A DNA stretch of 64,000 nt, taken from positions 780-64,779 of the forward strand of contig CAIQHB010000002.1 of NCBI GenBank assembly GCA_903871465.1, in the 5' to 3' direction. Source of the stretch: an uncultured Methanosarcinales archaeon. Its GTDB lineage: Archaea > Halobacteriota > Methanosarcinia > Methanotrichales > Methanotrichaceae. The notes below the pieces were generated by a model, which was not told the origin of the DNA, did not search any database, and saw only the letters and a program-made list of their open reading frames with translations. Shown here piece after piece: positions 18,907-28,587 of the stretch (position 1 is its first letter; each line of letters opens with the position of its first letter). Made by a program: the position numbers and the translations under genes.

Positions 18907-20916
18907 TCAGATCTCATCGTACCTAAAGGTGTACTTTCCGTCTATTTTCAAGGGAGGCAAGCTTCTGGTCAGCGCCATGGCGATGATATTGGCAAAAGAC
19001 TCCAGAAGTCTGCGCTGTTCTGGGACAAGTAGGCGATCATGGCCTCCCTGCCTCACCCCTAGTACTCCGACAATATCATCCTTAGCTTTGAGTGGAAGAT
19101 AGAACAAGGTAGCAGAGGAAAGCGTTTCCGTTCCGCGTCCAGCGGGCTGCCCTCTTCGAAAAACCCAGCTAGCTACGCCCAGCTTGCGTTCATCCAGCTC
19201 CATATTCTCGCCCAAATGAGCCAGTACCTGCAGCCTTCCCATCTCATCCGGCAGCAAAATCATGACATCGCATAGAAAGGCCTCCGAAATTTCTTTAGTT
19301 GCATAGTTCAGCAACTCTTCTAGATTCTTAGCCGCCATAAGGTCGCGACTGAATGAGTATAGAGCGGAGACAAAACGCTCTCTCTGACGGATATTCTCCC
19401 TCTGCCATCTGATCTGGTCAGTGAGGATGCTGGTTAAATTTCCGACTATTATGAAGACCAAGAACAATGGCATGTAATGAAGGTCCGTAGGGGAGATAGA
19501 TAGCTGAGGGGGAACAAAGAAAAAGTCAAAAGCTAACACTGCCATAAGAGACGCCATCAAACCCGCACTTTTGCCCCAGGTCATCCCGCTGTAGACGACT
19601 GGCAATAGAAGCATTACTTCGGTGTTGACAAGCCCCAGCCATGCGTAGATTATCCAGCAAAAAAGTGTCATCACAGCCACGCTGGCAAAGCTGCCGTAGA
19701 ACTGCATCAAGTCTATAGGACTTGAGGATGCTGGCATCTCAGAAACCTTCTGTTCAGTCTCAACGCTACCTATGACCAGAACATGAATTGATCCGCTGTT
19801 ATTGACGATCTCATTGACAACTGAGCCCCTGAGCAATCTATTCCAGAGACTCCGACGCGGGAGACCTACAATTATTGCTGTTACGTTGTTCTGTCTGGCA
19901 AAGGAAAGGATGATCTCGGAGATCTTATATCCGTTGAGGAGTTGGATCCGTGCCCCCAGGTTTTCTGCCAGCATTATATTATGTTCCAGCTGGTCCTTTT
20001 CCGCCTCAGTGGGCGACCTTTCTTGAGGAGATTCCACATGGACGGCAAACCATTCGGCATCTTGATCGGCGGCCATGCGCTGACCTATGCGCACCAGCCG
20101 TTCCGAGAGCGGGCTGGTGCTAACGCAGACCAGCAGCCTTGAGCCGGCCTGCCACGGCCCCATGATGCCATGCTCCACCATGTAGGTGCGCATATCCTCG
20201 TCCACCTTTCGAGCAGCATACCTGAGCGCCAGCTCGCGGAGTCCAAGCAGGTTCCCTTTTCGAAAAAAGCGGCTCAGGGCCAGCTTTGCCTGGGGCGCTA
20301 CGTATACCTTGCCATCTTTGAACCGTTGCAGCAGCGCCTCAGGTGGAAGATCAACTACTTCGATATCATCTGCCAGCTCCATTATCTTGTCCGGAAGGGT
20401 TTCGGTGATTCGCACTCCCGTGATCTCATATACGATATCTTTGAGGCTTTCGATATGCTGAATATTCAGGGTGGTGTATACACTGATACCCGCATCCAGC
20501 AGCTCTTCTACGTCCTGATATCGTTTGGAATAGCGTGAATCCGAGGCATTATTGTGGGCCAGCTCGTCCACCAGGGCGACGGCTGGATGACGTGCCAGGA
20601 CGCCGTCCAGATCCATCTCTTCCAAGGTGACCCCCCCATGTACCAGATGGCGACGAGGAAGGACCTCCAGTCCATCCAGAAGAGCCTCGGTATCCTGCCG
20701 TCCATGTGTCTCTACCACAGCAATAACGACATTGACGCCATTATTTTTTAGGGCTCGAGCCTCTTCCAGCATTTGGTAGGTCTTGCCCACGCCTGCGGCA
20801 GCACCGAGAAAGATCTTAAGCCGTCCCCTGTTGCGAGCGGCATCCTCTGCCTCCTGCTCTTCATGCTGGAGACGCTGCAGAATTTCGTCCGGATCGGGAC
20901 AGTCCTCTCCGCTCAT
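18907..20916 (-). CDS. kdpD: KdpD sensor lacking the histidine-kinase domains
   Basis: GAAAGVGKT, ETHGR and ALVDELAH KdpD-N domain; Usp domain; 4 TM; GAF; ends before any H-box. Confidence 0.9.
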   Translation of the reverse strand: MSGEDCPDPDEILQRLQHEEQEAEDAARNRGRLKIFLGAAAGVGKTYQMLEEARALKNNGVNVVIAVVETHGRQDTEALLDGLEVLPRRHLVHGGVTLEEMDLDGVLARHPAVALVDELAHNNASDSRYSKRYQDVEELLDAGISVYTTLNIQHIESLKDIVYEITGVRITETLPDKIMELADDIEVVDLPPEALLQRFKDGKVYVAPQAKLALSRFFRKGNLLGLRELALRYAARKVDEDMRTYMVEHGIMGPWQAGSRLLVCVSTSPLSERLVRIGQRMAADQDAEWFAVHVESPQERSPTEAEKDQLEHNIMLAENLGARIQLLNGYKISEIILSFARQNNVTAIIVGLPRRSLWNRLLRGSVVNEIVNNSGSIHVLVIGSVETEQKVSEMPASSSPIDLMQFYGSFASVAVMTLFCWIIYAWLGLVNTEVMLLLPVVYSGMTWGKSAGLMASLMAVLAFDFFFVPPQLSISPTDLHYMPLFLVFIIVGNLTSILTDQIRWQRENIRQRERFVSALYSFSRDLMAAKNLEELLNYATKEISEAFLCDVMILLPDEMGRLQVLAHLGENMELDERKLGVASWVFRRGQPAGRGTETLSSATLFYLPLKAKDDIVGVLGVRQGGHDRLLVPEQRRLLESFANIIAMALTRSLPPLKIDGKYTFRYDEI

Positions 20917-21509
20917 CGCATGCGGCTCCCGGCCAGTTCATCCAGGGCAATGTTCAGCTTGAGAACGTTCACCCTCTCCTGTCCGAAGATGCCGAACTGG
21001 AGGGGCTCGATATGCCGATCAACCAGCACTCTGACATCAAACTCCGGTAGTCCCCTCGCTTTGGCCACTCGTGGAACCTGCAGGAAGGCACTTGCCGCGC
21101 TGATATGGGGATCAAGGCCGCTCCCCGAGGCCAGCACCAGATCCGCGGGCACCGTGGCATTGGCCGGCAGACCGTTCTCGCTTCTCACCTGCTTGACTCT
21201 CTCGCGCACTTGATCCATAAGTTTGGCGCTTGTCGGCCCCAGGTTGCTGCCCCCAGAGTTGCTGGCGTTATAGTCTACGGCAGACGGGCGACCATGGAAG
21301 TAGGCAGGGCTGGTGAATTTCTGTCCGATCAGCTCTGAGCCTACCAGAGTACCGTTCACGTATAGAAGGCTTCCATGGGCCTGATTGGGCATGGTCGTCT
21401 CGGCCACAAAGGTAACGAAGAACGGGTAAGCCAGACTGAGCAAACACACCAGCCCGAAGAGAAGGACGCAGGTCTTCGCCTCTCTGAGGATCTCATTCTT
21501 GTCCATCAA
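20913..21509 (-). CDS. kdpC: K+-transporting ATPase subunit C (copy 2)
   Basis: GSELIGQ.FT...YFHGRPSA, SGGSNLGP, SGSGLDPHIS and VNVLKLN motifs. Confidence 0.95.
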   Translation of the reverse strand: MMDKNEILREAKTCVLLFGLVCLLSLAYPFFVTFVAETTMPNQAHGSLLYVNGTLVGSELIGQKFTSPAYFHGRPSAVDYNASNSGGSNLGPTSAKLMDQVRERVKQVRSENGLPANATVPADLVLASGSGLDPHISAASAFLQVPRVAKARGLPEFDVRVLVDRHIEPLQFGIFGQERVNVLKLNIALDELAGSRMR

Positions 21510-21510
21510 C

Positions 21511-23547
21511 TCACTCCAAGTGCAAAAGCACTACTAATATGTCCACCAGCTTGATCCCGATGAATGGTATAATCAATCCGCCCAGGCCATAGACTACCAG
21601 GTTGTACCGAAGCAGCGATTCGGTTGTGGCCGCACGGTAGCTGACTCCTTTTATTGCTAGAGGTATCAGCGCTGGAATTATCAGTGCATTGAAGATGACT
21701 GCCGACAACACAGCACTGGCGGGTGTGGCCAGTCCCATTATGTTCAAAACCTCCAACTGCGGATAGGAGGTGGCAAATATGGCAGGCAGGATGGCGAAGT
21801 ACTTGGAAACGTCGTTGGCCACAGAAAAGGTGGTCAAGGCTCCTCTGGTCATCAGGAGCTGCTTTCCAATCTCGACTATGTCCAGCAGTTTTGCCGGATT
21901 GGAGTCAAGGTCAATCATGTTGGCCGCCTCCCTGGCGGCCTGAGTTCCGGCGTTCATGGCCACAGCCAGATCAGCCTGAGCCAGGGCCGGAGCATCGTTT
22001 GTTCCGTCTCCAATCATTGCCACCATGTGGCCATCCTTCTGGTATCTTCTGATGGCATCAAGCTTGAATGCCGGGCGTGCCTGGGCCATGAAGTCGTCAA
22101 TGCCCGCCTCTGCAGCAATGGCTGCGGCAGTTACCGGATTGTCTCCGGTTATCATGACGAACCTTATGCCTAACTTGCGCATGTTATTTAGCCTCTCTCT
22201 GATTCCCTCCTTTATAACATCCTTCAGCCTGATAGCTCCCAGAACTTTGATGCCTTCGACCACAACAAGAGGAGTCCCACCTTCTCTCGCGATCCTATCA
22301 ACGGCAGCATTTACCTCATCAGGGGTGGATAGGCCTACGCTTTTTATAAGATTGTCCATGGATTCCGCAGACCCTTTTCTGATCTGAACGCCATCAATGT
22401 TTATTCCGCTCATGCTGGATATCGGACTGAATGGCACGAAAGTCGAACCTTCTTTCGGTCTGATATCCCGTCCTCTGATTCCTAGGACCTGTTTGCACAG
22501 CTCCACAATGCTGCGGCCTTCGGGGGTATCGTCCGCCAGAGAGGAGAGCATTGCCGCCCTGGCGATCTCTTCGATGGACACTCCTGGCGCAGGGATGAAC
22601 TCGGTGGCCATTCTGTTGCCTAGAGTAATTGTGCCGGTCTTATCCATCAGCACCAGATCAACGTTTCCTGAGGCTTCCACGCCCCTGCCGGAGAGAGCTA
22701 TGACATTGTTCTGCAGCAATCGCTCCATGCCTGCTATGCCGATGGCTGGCAGGAGGCCGCCGATTGTTGTTGGTATTAGGCAGACTAGCAGCGACACCAG
22801 CACGACAAGACTTATGCTTACTCCCACATAGTTTGCAAACGGCACAAGGGTGACTACAACGATGATGAATATGGCAGTCATCCCTATGAGCAGAATCTCC
22901 AGAGCACGCTCATTAGGGGTCTTCTGACGCTTGGCGTTTTCGACCATTGAGATCATCTGGTCCAGGAAGGTCTCACCTGGATCCACTGTTACCTTGACGG
23001 TGATCTTTCCGGATATGACCTTTGTCCCGCCAGTAACGCCGCGAAGAGTGCTGCCTGGCTCACGGACGACTGGAGCCGACTCTCCCGTTACTGCTGATTC
23101 ATCCACGAGGGCAGTACCTTCTATTACCTCACCATCGCCTGGTATGATCTCGCCATTGTTCACCACATACAGATCGCCCTTGCGAAGATCCAATGCAGGG
23201 ATCTGCTCAATGCTTCCGTCATGCAGCTGTCTATTGGCCATAGCCTCGCTTCGGGCCAATCGCAAGCTCTCAGCCTGGGCCTTGCCCCTACCTTCTGCCA
23301 GAGCCTCGGAGAAGTTTGCGAATAGAACTGTGAACCAGAGCCAGATGCCGATCTGTATATCGAACTTGAAGTTTCCGCCAGTGAGTACGTCGCCCAAGGC
23401 ATTCAATGTAGTCAAGAACGCTCCGATCTCCACTACAAACATCACCAAATTGCGCCACTGGACGCGTGGATCGAGCTTGAGGAATGCATCCTTGACTGCC
23501 TGGCCAACTATATCAGATTCCAGGAGTTTTGTAGTCTTACCGCGCAT
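21511..23547 (-). CDS. kdpB: K+-transporting P-type ATPase subunit B (copy 2)
   Basis: [25 protein letters not shown] and ANDVSKYF motifs. Confidence 0.97.
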   Translation of the reverse strand: MRGKTTKLLESDIVGQAVKDAFLKLDPRVQWRNLVMFVVEIGAFLTTLNALGDVLTGGNFKFDIQIGIWLWFTVLFANFSEALAEGRGKAQAESLRLARSEAMANRQLHDGSIEQIPALDLRKGDLYVVNNGEIIPGDGEVIEGTALVDESAVTGESAPVVREPGSTLRGVTGGTKVISGKITVKVTVDPGETFLDQMISMVENAKRQKTPNERALEILLIGMTAIFIIVVVTLVPFANYVGVSISLVVLVSLLVCLIPTTIGGLLPAIGIAGMERLLQNNVIALSGRGVEASGNVDLVLMDKTGTITLGNRMATEFIPAPGVSIEEIARAAMLSSLADDTPEGRSIVELCKQVLGIRGRDIRPKEGSTFVPFSPISSMSGINIDGVQIRKGSAESMDNLIKSVGLSTPDEVNAAVDRIAREGGTPLVVVEGIKVLGAIRLKDVIKEGIRERLNNMRKLGIRFVMITGDNPVTAAAIAAEAGIDDFMAQARPAFKLDAIRRYQKDGHMVAMIGDGTNDAPALAQADLAVAMNAGTQAAREAANMIDLDSNPAKLLDIVEIGKQLLMTRGALTTFSVANDVSKYFAILPAIFATSYPQLEVLNIMGLATPASAVLSAVIFNALIIPALIPLAIKGVSYRAATTESLLRYNLVVYGLGGLIIPFIGIKLVDILVVLLHLE

Positions 23548-23560
23548 GCTATTGTCCCTC

Positions 23561-25261
23561 CTAGAAGGTCCTCCCCGACGTCATGAGCAGATGCTCCAGA
23601 ATCGGACCAATCGTCGCCACAGGGAAGAAACACAGGGCGCTAATTACGAAGACCACGAAGACCACCGCTATGATAAAGAGCGGGCTTGCAACAGGCAGAG
23701 TCGCAGCGCTTATGGGTATCTGTCCCTTCCTGGCCATAGAACCGGCAATGGCAATGCCCACCAGCAAGGTGGAGTACCTTCCCAGGATCATGCAGGGCGG
23801 GGTCATCAAATTGATGATATAGCTGTTCACGTTCAACCCACCCATAAATGAGCCGTTGTTGATGGACGCCGAAGTAAAGGCGAATAGCATTTCCGTCAAT
23901 CCATGAGGACCGGCATTGCCGAGTACCGCCATACCTGCCGCTGAAACGATGACAATAGCAGTCGTCATCAGCGATGAGAATGATGAGAACAGGAAGGAGG
24001 CCCCGGCAAGTATGATCTCACGGAGTTCAACCTTCTTGCCGATGAGCTCGGGTGTTCTGCCGGTCATGAGCCCAGCTATGAACATGGTCACTATGAAGTA
24101 GTGAATCAATGCCATAGGGCCCTCACCGATACACCCAAAGATGGGCGCTCCGATGACTACCATGAAGATGATCGTCAATATAGTGAGGGGCATCACGCTA
24201 TCGTGCTGAGATACGGTAGAGCCGTTCGCAGGAGCCATTCCGACTATTATGTACATGATATGTTCGAACATGGAAAACCGCATCTCTTTGCCCTCCATGT
24301 TCACGCCACCCTGGACGCCTAATTTTTCAAGCAGCGGATTTCCCTGATTCTCCGCGTAGAAGGGAAGGGGCATGACCAGTATGAACAGCACCAGCATGAC
24401 AGAGAACAGCGCTTTGGTCGTGTCACGGCTGATGGCCAGCTTTCCTATCATTACAACAATTGAGGCCGGAACGAACAGTATGTATGCCATTGTAAACCAA
24501 TTGGTAAACGGCGTCGGATTTTCGAAGGGATGAGCCATGCTGTTGGCAAAGTAGTTGGCTCCGTCCTCGCATATCAACTGGTATATTATGATTGTTGCCG
24601 CAGGGCCTCCCGGTATAAGCTGCACTCCACCTTCCAGTGTGTGAGCAACGGCATAAGGATCGAAGTTCTGCACCACGCCCTGAGAGATGAGAGGAAATAC
24701 CAGGATCAAGCCAAGGGGTATCCACACATAGAGTATGGCCCTTGTGAAATCGACCCAGAAGTTGCCTACCGTGGGACAATGCTTACGGCTGAAGGATCGC
24801 GCCAGAACAACTATGGCCACGAATCCGACTGAGGGGCTGATATAGTCCTCGACAAGAACCCCAAGCATCTGTGACATATAGCTTAGATCGCGCTCGCCAC
24901 TGTAAGCTATCCAATTGGTATTTGTTACCCAAGAGATGGCAGAGTTCACGGCCCAATCCCACCTGAAGGAGCTAACCCCATGAGGATTTAAGGGAAGCAC
25001 ACCCTGCAGCGACAGGATCATGAACGCAAATACAACCCCGAGGGTCTCGAAGCCCACAAGGGTTGCAACATATTTCTTCCAGGTCATCTCGCTGAACTCA
25101 TTGATGCCGCATACCCTGTAGATTCCTCGCTCTATTGGTCGTAATAGAGGAGTAAGCAGATTTGGCTCTCCTTTGAAGACCTTTGCGAGGTGCCACCCAT
25201 AGGGAAATGCCAGTATCAGAGTCACGACTATAACGGCAAAATATGCCAATTCCTGCAGCAT
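23561..25261 (-). CDS. kdpA: K+-transporting ATPase subunit A (copy 2), atypical filter
   Basis: TNTNW, HPFENP, EGKEMRF, GRTPE..GKKVE, HGLTE and NNGS motifs. Confidence 0.93.
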   Translation of the reverse strand: MLQELAYFAVIVVTLILAFPYGWHLAKVFKGEPNLLTPLLRPIERGIYRVCGINEFSEMTWKKYVATLVGFETLGVVFAFMILSLQGVLPLNPHGVSSFRWDWAVNSAISWVTNTNWIAYSGERDLSYMSQMLGVLVEDYISPSVGFVAIVVLARSFSRKHCPTVGNFWVDFTRAILYVWIPLGLILVFPLISQGVVQNFDPYAVAHTLEGGVQLIPGGPAATIIIYQLICEDGANYFANSMAHPFENPTPFTNWFTMAYILFVPASIVVMIGKLAISRDTTKALFSVMLVLFILVMPLPFYAENQGNPLLEKLGVQGGVNMEGKEMRFSMFEHIMYIIVGMAPANGSTVSQHDSVMPLTILTIIFMVVIGAPIFGCIGEGPMALIHYFIVTMFIAGLMTGRTPELIGKKVELREIILAGASFLFSSFSSLMTTAIVIVSAAGMAVLGNAGPHGLTEMLFAFTSASINNGSFMGGLNVNSYIINLMTPPCMILGRYSTLLVGIAIAGSMARKGQIPISAATLPVASPLFIIAVVFVVFVISALCFFPVATIGPILEHLLMTSGRTF

Positions 25262-25386
25262 TTTATATCGTCCTCATAGATGATGAAAATTTCATTATCT
25301 CGTTCCGAATGAAATATAGGCGAAACATCTTTGTTCATTGATTTCCGAGCTGCAGCCGTTTAGGTCTGAATCCATTTTTTTTGGCT

Positions 25387-25551
25387 TCAAGATGCCCAGC
25401 CCCCGCCAAAGAAAAACATCACCACAATCCACCACAAAAGGATTAATGCTACAACTATCGCAATGCCTTTGATTATCTCCTTGCCTTCTCTTTCTGAGAT
25501 CTCTCTCAGATCGGCGATCATCTTGGCATCTTCACTGCTCGATGTTGACAT
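25387..25551 (-). CDS. Unannotated 54-aa single-TM microprotein upstream of kdpA copy 2
   Basis: MSTSSSEDAKMIADLREISEREGKEIIKGIAIVVALILLWWIVVMFFFGGGWAS; SD GGAGTGA upstream. Confidence 0.65.
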   Translation of the reverse strand: MSTSSSEDAKMIADLREISEREGKEIIKGIAIVVALILLWWIVVMFFFGGGWAS

Positions 25552-25860
25552 TTTAATCACTCCATTCAGCCGGACATATTCTCATTTATCGCCTAGGAAT
25601 TATATCTCATGAAATATTATTTTTATCCTAAAAATTTCTGAGATAATAGGATAATATCTCAAAATTGTGCTTCAGTAACCTTGATATATAAGCCGCAATG
25701 CGACGCAGTGTTTACTGCACGTCCTACTACTGTGGGATCTATGATATCATAGGACGATGTCATAGAGGCCTTTCATAAAAGTTCTTAATACTTAAGAATA
25801 CCCCTCGATAAGAACAGTGCGACGAAAAATGTGCGAGAGATTCGCTTTGCGATGATGAAG

Positions 25861-25947
25861 TACTGCGAGCAGCATCCTCAGCCTCCTGCTCTCCATGCTG
25901 GAGAAGCTGCCGAAATGTGTCAGGATCGAACTTTCCTTGCCATTCAT
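25861..25947 (-). pseudogene. kdpD: 5' remnant of kdpD after kdpC copy 1
   Basis: About 29 codons align with the start of the intact kdpD (…CTCCAGCATGGAGAGCAGGAGGCTGAGGATGCTGCTCGC), with a 1-nt deletion at codon 7 and the same ATGA overlap with kdpC. Confidence 0.85.
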
Positions 25948-26540
25948 CGCTTGCGGCTCATGGCCAATTCATCCAGGGCCATGTTCAGCTTGAGAACGTT
26001 TACCCTCTCCTGTCCGAAGATGCCGAACTGGAGGGGCTCGATATGCCGATCGACCAGCGCCCTTACATCGGTCTCAGGCAGTCCCCTCGCTTTGGCCACT
26101 CTTGGAACCTGCAGGAAGGCACTTGCCACGCTGATATGCGGGTCCAGGCCGCTTCCCGAGGCCAGCACCAGATCCGCGGGCACTGTGGCATTGGCCGGCA
26201 GACCGTTATCGATTCTCACCTTTTCGATCCTCTGGCGCACCTGCTCCATCAGCGCGGCACTTGTCGGCCCGTAATTGCTGCCGCCCGAGTTGTTGCCGGC
26301 ATAGTTCACGGCCGAGGGGCGGCCATGGAAATAGCCCTGGCTGGTGAAGTTCTGTCCTATGAGCTCAGAGCCCACGACTGTGCCATTCATGTACAGCAGG
26401 CTTCCATTGGCCTGGTAGGGCATAATAGTCTGGGTACTCCAGTTAATGAATAGAGTATAAACGATGCTGAGGACACAGACGACTATAAACAGCAACACGC
26501 ATGCCCTCAAATCTCTAGCCAACTCATTCTTGTCCATCAT
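25944..26540 (-). CDS. kdpC: K+-transporting ATPase subunit C (copy 1)
   Basis: Same KdpC motifs as copy 2. Confidence 0.95.
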   Translation of the reverse strand: MMDKNELARDLRACVLLFIVVCVLSIVYTLFINWSTQTIMPYQANGSLLYMNGTVVGSELIGQNFTSQGYFHGRPSAVNYAGNNSGGSNYGPTSAALMEQVRQRIEKVRIDNGLPANATVPADLVLASGSGLDPHISVASAFLQVPRVAKARGLPETDVRALVDRHIEPLQFGIFGQERVNVLKLNMALDELAMSRKR

Positions 26541-26541
26541 C

Positions 26542-28578
26542 TCACACCAGGTGCAACAACACTACGAGTATGTCCATCAGTTTGATGCCGACGAAGGGCA
26601 CAATCAGCCCCCCCACGCCATATATCAACATATTTCTTCGCAGCAGATCCTCTGCTGAGCTCGGTGTGTATCGAACGCCCCTCAATGCCAGAGGAATGAG
26701 CAGTGGTATGATAAGCGCATTGAATATCACCGTTGCCAGCACCGCGCTTGTAGGCGTGGAAAGCTGCATGACATTCAGCACATTCAGCATTGGATAGCTA
26801 TATGCAAACATAGCAGGCAGTATGGTAAAGTACTTGGAGACGTCATTGGCCACTGAGAAGGTGGTCAGAGCTCCGCGAGTGATCAGGATCTGCTTGCCTA
26901 TCTCCACGATATCCAGCAGCTTGGCTGGGTTGGAATCCAGATCGACCATGTTAGCGGCCTCCCTCGCTGCCTGCGTTCCTGCGTTCATGGCCACGGCCAC
27001 ATCCGCCTGGGCAAGAGCCGGTGCATCGTTTGTGCCATCTCCAATCATTGCCACCATGTGACCTTCATTTTGATACCTGCGAATGGCCTCCAACTTTGCC
27101 TCCGGGCGGGCCTGGCCGATGAAGTCATCAATGCCCGCTTCTGCAGCAATGGCTGCGGCAGTGGTGGAGTTATCTCCCGTGATCATGACCGAACGTATGC
27201 CAACCTTGCGCAAGTTTGATAGGCGCTCTTTTATGCCCTCTTTTAGCACATCCTTCAGGCGAATGGCTCCCAAAACCCTGGACCCTTCAGCAACGAGAAG
27301 AGGAGTGCCGCCTTCTCTGGCTATACCCTCCGCTGCGGCTCTGATATCTTCCGGGACATTGCAGGCATAGGATTTCATTAACTCCTCTATAGCATCGCTT
27401 GCTCCTTTTCGAATCTCTCGGCCCTCCAGGTTTATTCCGCTCATGCGAGTCTCGGCACTGAAGGGCAGGAAGGCAGAACCCTCCTCGGGCCGAATATCTC
27501 TTCCCCGAATGCCCAGGACAGACTTGGAGAGCTCCACTATGCTGCGACCTTCCGGGGTAGTATCTGCCAGGGAGGAGAGCATGGCTGCCTCTGCGAGATC
27601 ATCGATGCGGACTCCTTCGGCCGGGATGAACTCAGTCGCCATTCTATTCCCAAGAGTGATGGTGCCGGTCTTGTCCATCAGGACCACATCCACATTTCCA
27701 GCTGCTTCCACCGCCTTGCCGCTCAATGAGATCACATTGCTCCGCAGCAGCCTTTCCATGCCTGCAATTCCGATGGCAGGCAAGAGGCCCCCGATGGTGG
27801 TAGGCATGAGGCAGACCAGCAAGGCCATAAGAATAGGTATGGATAGCGACACGTTCATGTAGCCTGCAACAGGCACCAGCATGATCACTACTACTCCAAA
27901 CATCAGAGTCATGCCCACAAGCAGCATCTCCAAGGCTCGCTCATTGGGCGTCTTCTGTCGCTTGGCGCTCTCAACCATGGCAATCATCTGGTCCAGGAAG
28001 GTCTCACCCGGATTCGCGGTTATGCGGGCTTTGATCAGACCGGAGATCACCCTCGTTCCGCCGGTTACGCCGACCATGCTGCCCCCCGGCTCACGCACCA
28101 CGGGCGCCGACTCGCCGGTTATGGCAGATTCGTCCACCAAAGCCACACCATCCACGATCTCTCCGTCACTGGGTATGGTCTCGCCATCCCCTATCTGCAC
28201 GAGATCGCCCTTGCGCAGATCTAATGCATAGACTGGCTCCAAGCTGCCATCCCCCAGCAGCCTGTTGGCCATGGCCTCGCTTCGAGCCTGGCGCAGGCTC
28301 TCTGCCTGGGCACGGCCACGACCTTCGGCCAGAGCTTCGGAGAATGTTGAGAACAGCACCGTGAACCAGAGCCAGATGCTGATCTGAATATTGAGTCTAA
28401 AGTCTCCCCCCGTGAACAGATCGTAGACAGCTATCACGGTGCTAAAGGCTGAAACCATTTCTACTATAAGCATCACTGGGTTTCGCCAAAGGGCGCGAGG
28501 GTTCAGCTTCAGAATGGAGTCCTTTGCCGCAGCTCTTATCAGGTCCGATTGCCACAGATCGTATGTCTTAGTGTGCAT
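26542..28578 (-). CDS. kdpB: K+-transporting P-type ATPase subunit B (copy 1)
   Basis: TGES, PTTIGG, DKTGT, KGA, GDGTND and ANDVSKYF motifs. Confidence 0.97.
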   Translation of the reverse strand: MHTKTYDLWQSDLIRAAAKDSILKLNPRALWRNPVMLIVEMVSAFSTVIAVYDLFTGGDFRLNIQISIWLWFTVLFSTFSEALAEGRGRAQAESLRQARSEAMANRLLGDGSLEPVYALDLRKGDLVQIGDGETIPSDGEIVDGVALVDESAITGESAPVVREPGGSMVGVTGGTRVISGLIKARITANPGETFLDQMIAMVESAKRQKTPNERALEMLLVGMTLMFGVVVIMLVPVAGYMNVSLSIPILMALLVCLMPTTIGGLLPAIGIAGMERLLRSNVISLSGKAVEAAGNVDVVLMDKTGTITLGNRMATEFIPAEGVRIDDLAEAAMLSSLADTTPEGRSIVELSKSVLGIRGRDIRPEEGSAFLPFSAETRMSGINLEGREIRKGASDAIEELMKSYACNVPEDIRAAAEGIAREGGTPLLVAEGSRVLGAIRLKDVLKEGIKERLSNLRKVGIRSVMITGDNSTTAAAIAAEAGIDDFIGQARPEAKLEAIRRYQNEGHMVAMIGDGTNDAPALAQADVAVAMNAGTQAAREAANMVDLDSNPAKLLDIVEIGKQILITRGALTTFSVANDVSKYFTILPAMFAYSYPMLNVLNVMQLSTPTSAVLATVIFNALIIPLLIPLALRGVRYTPSSAEDLLRRNMLIYGVGGLIVPFVGIKLMDILVVLLHLV

Positions 28579-28587
28579 GCGGTCCTC

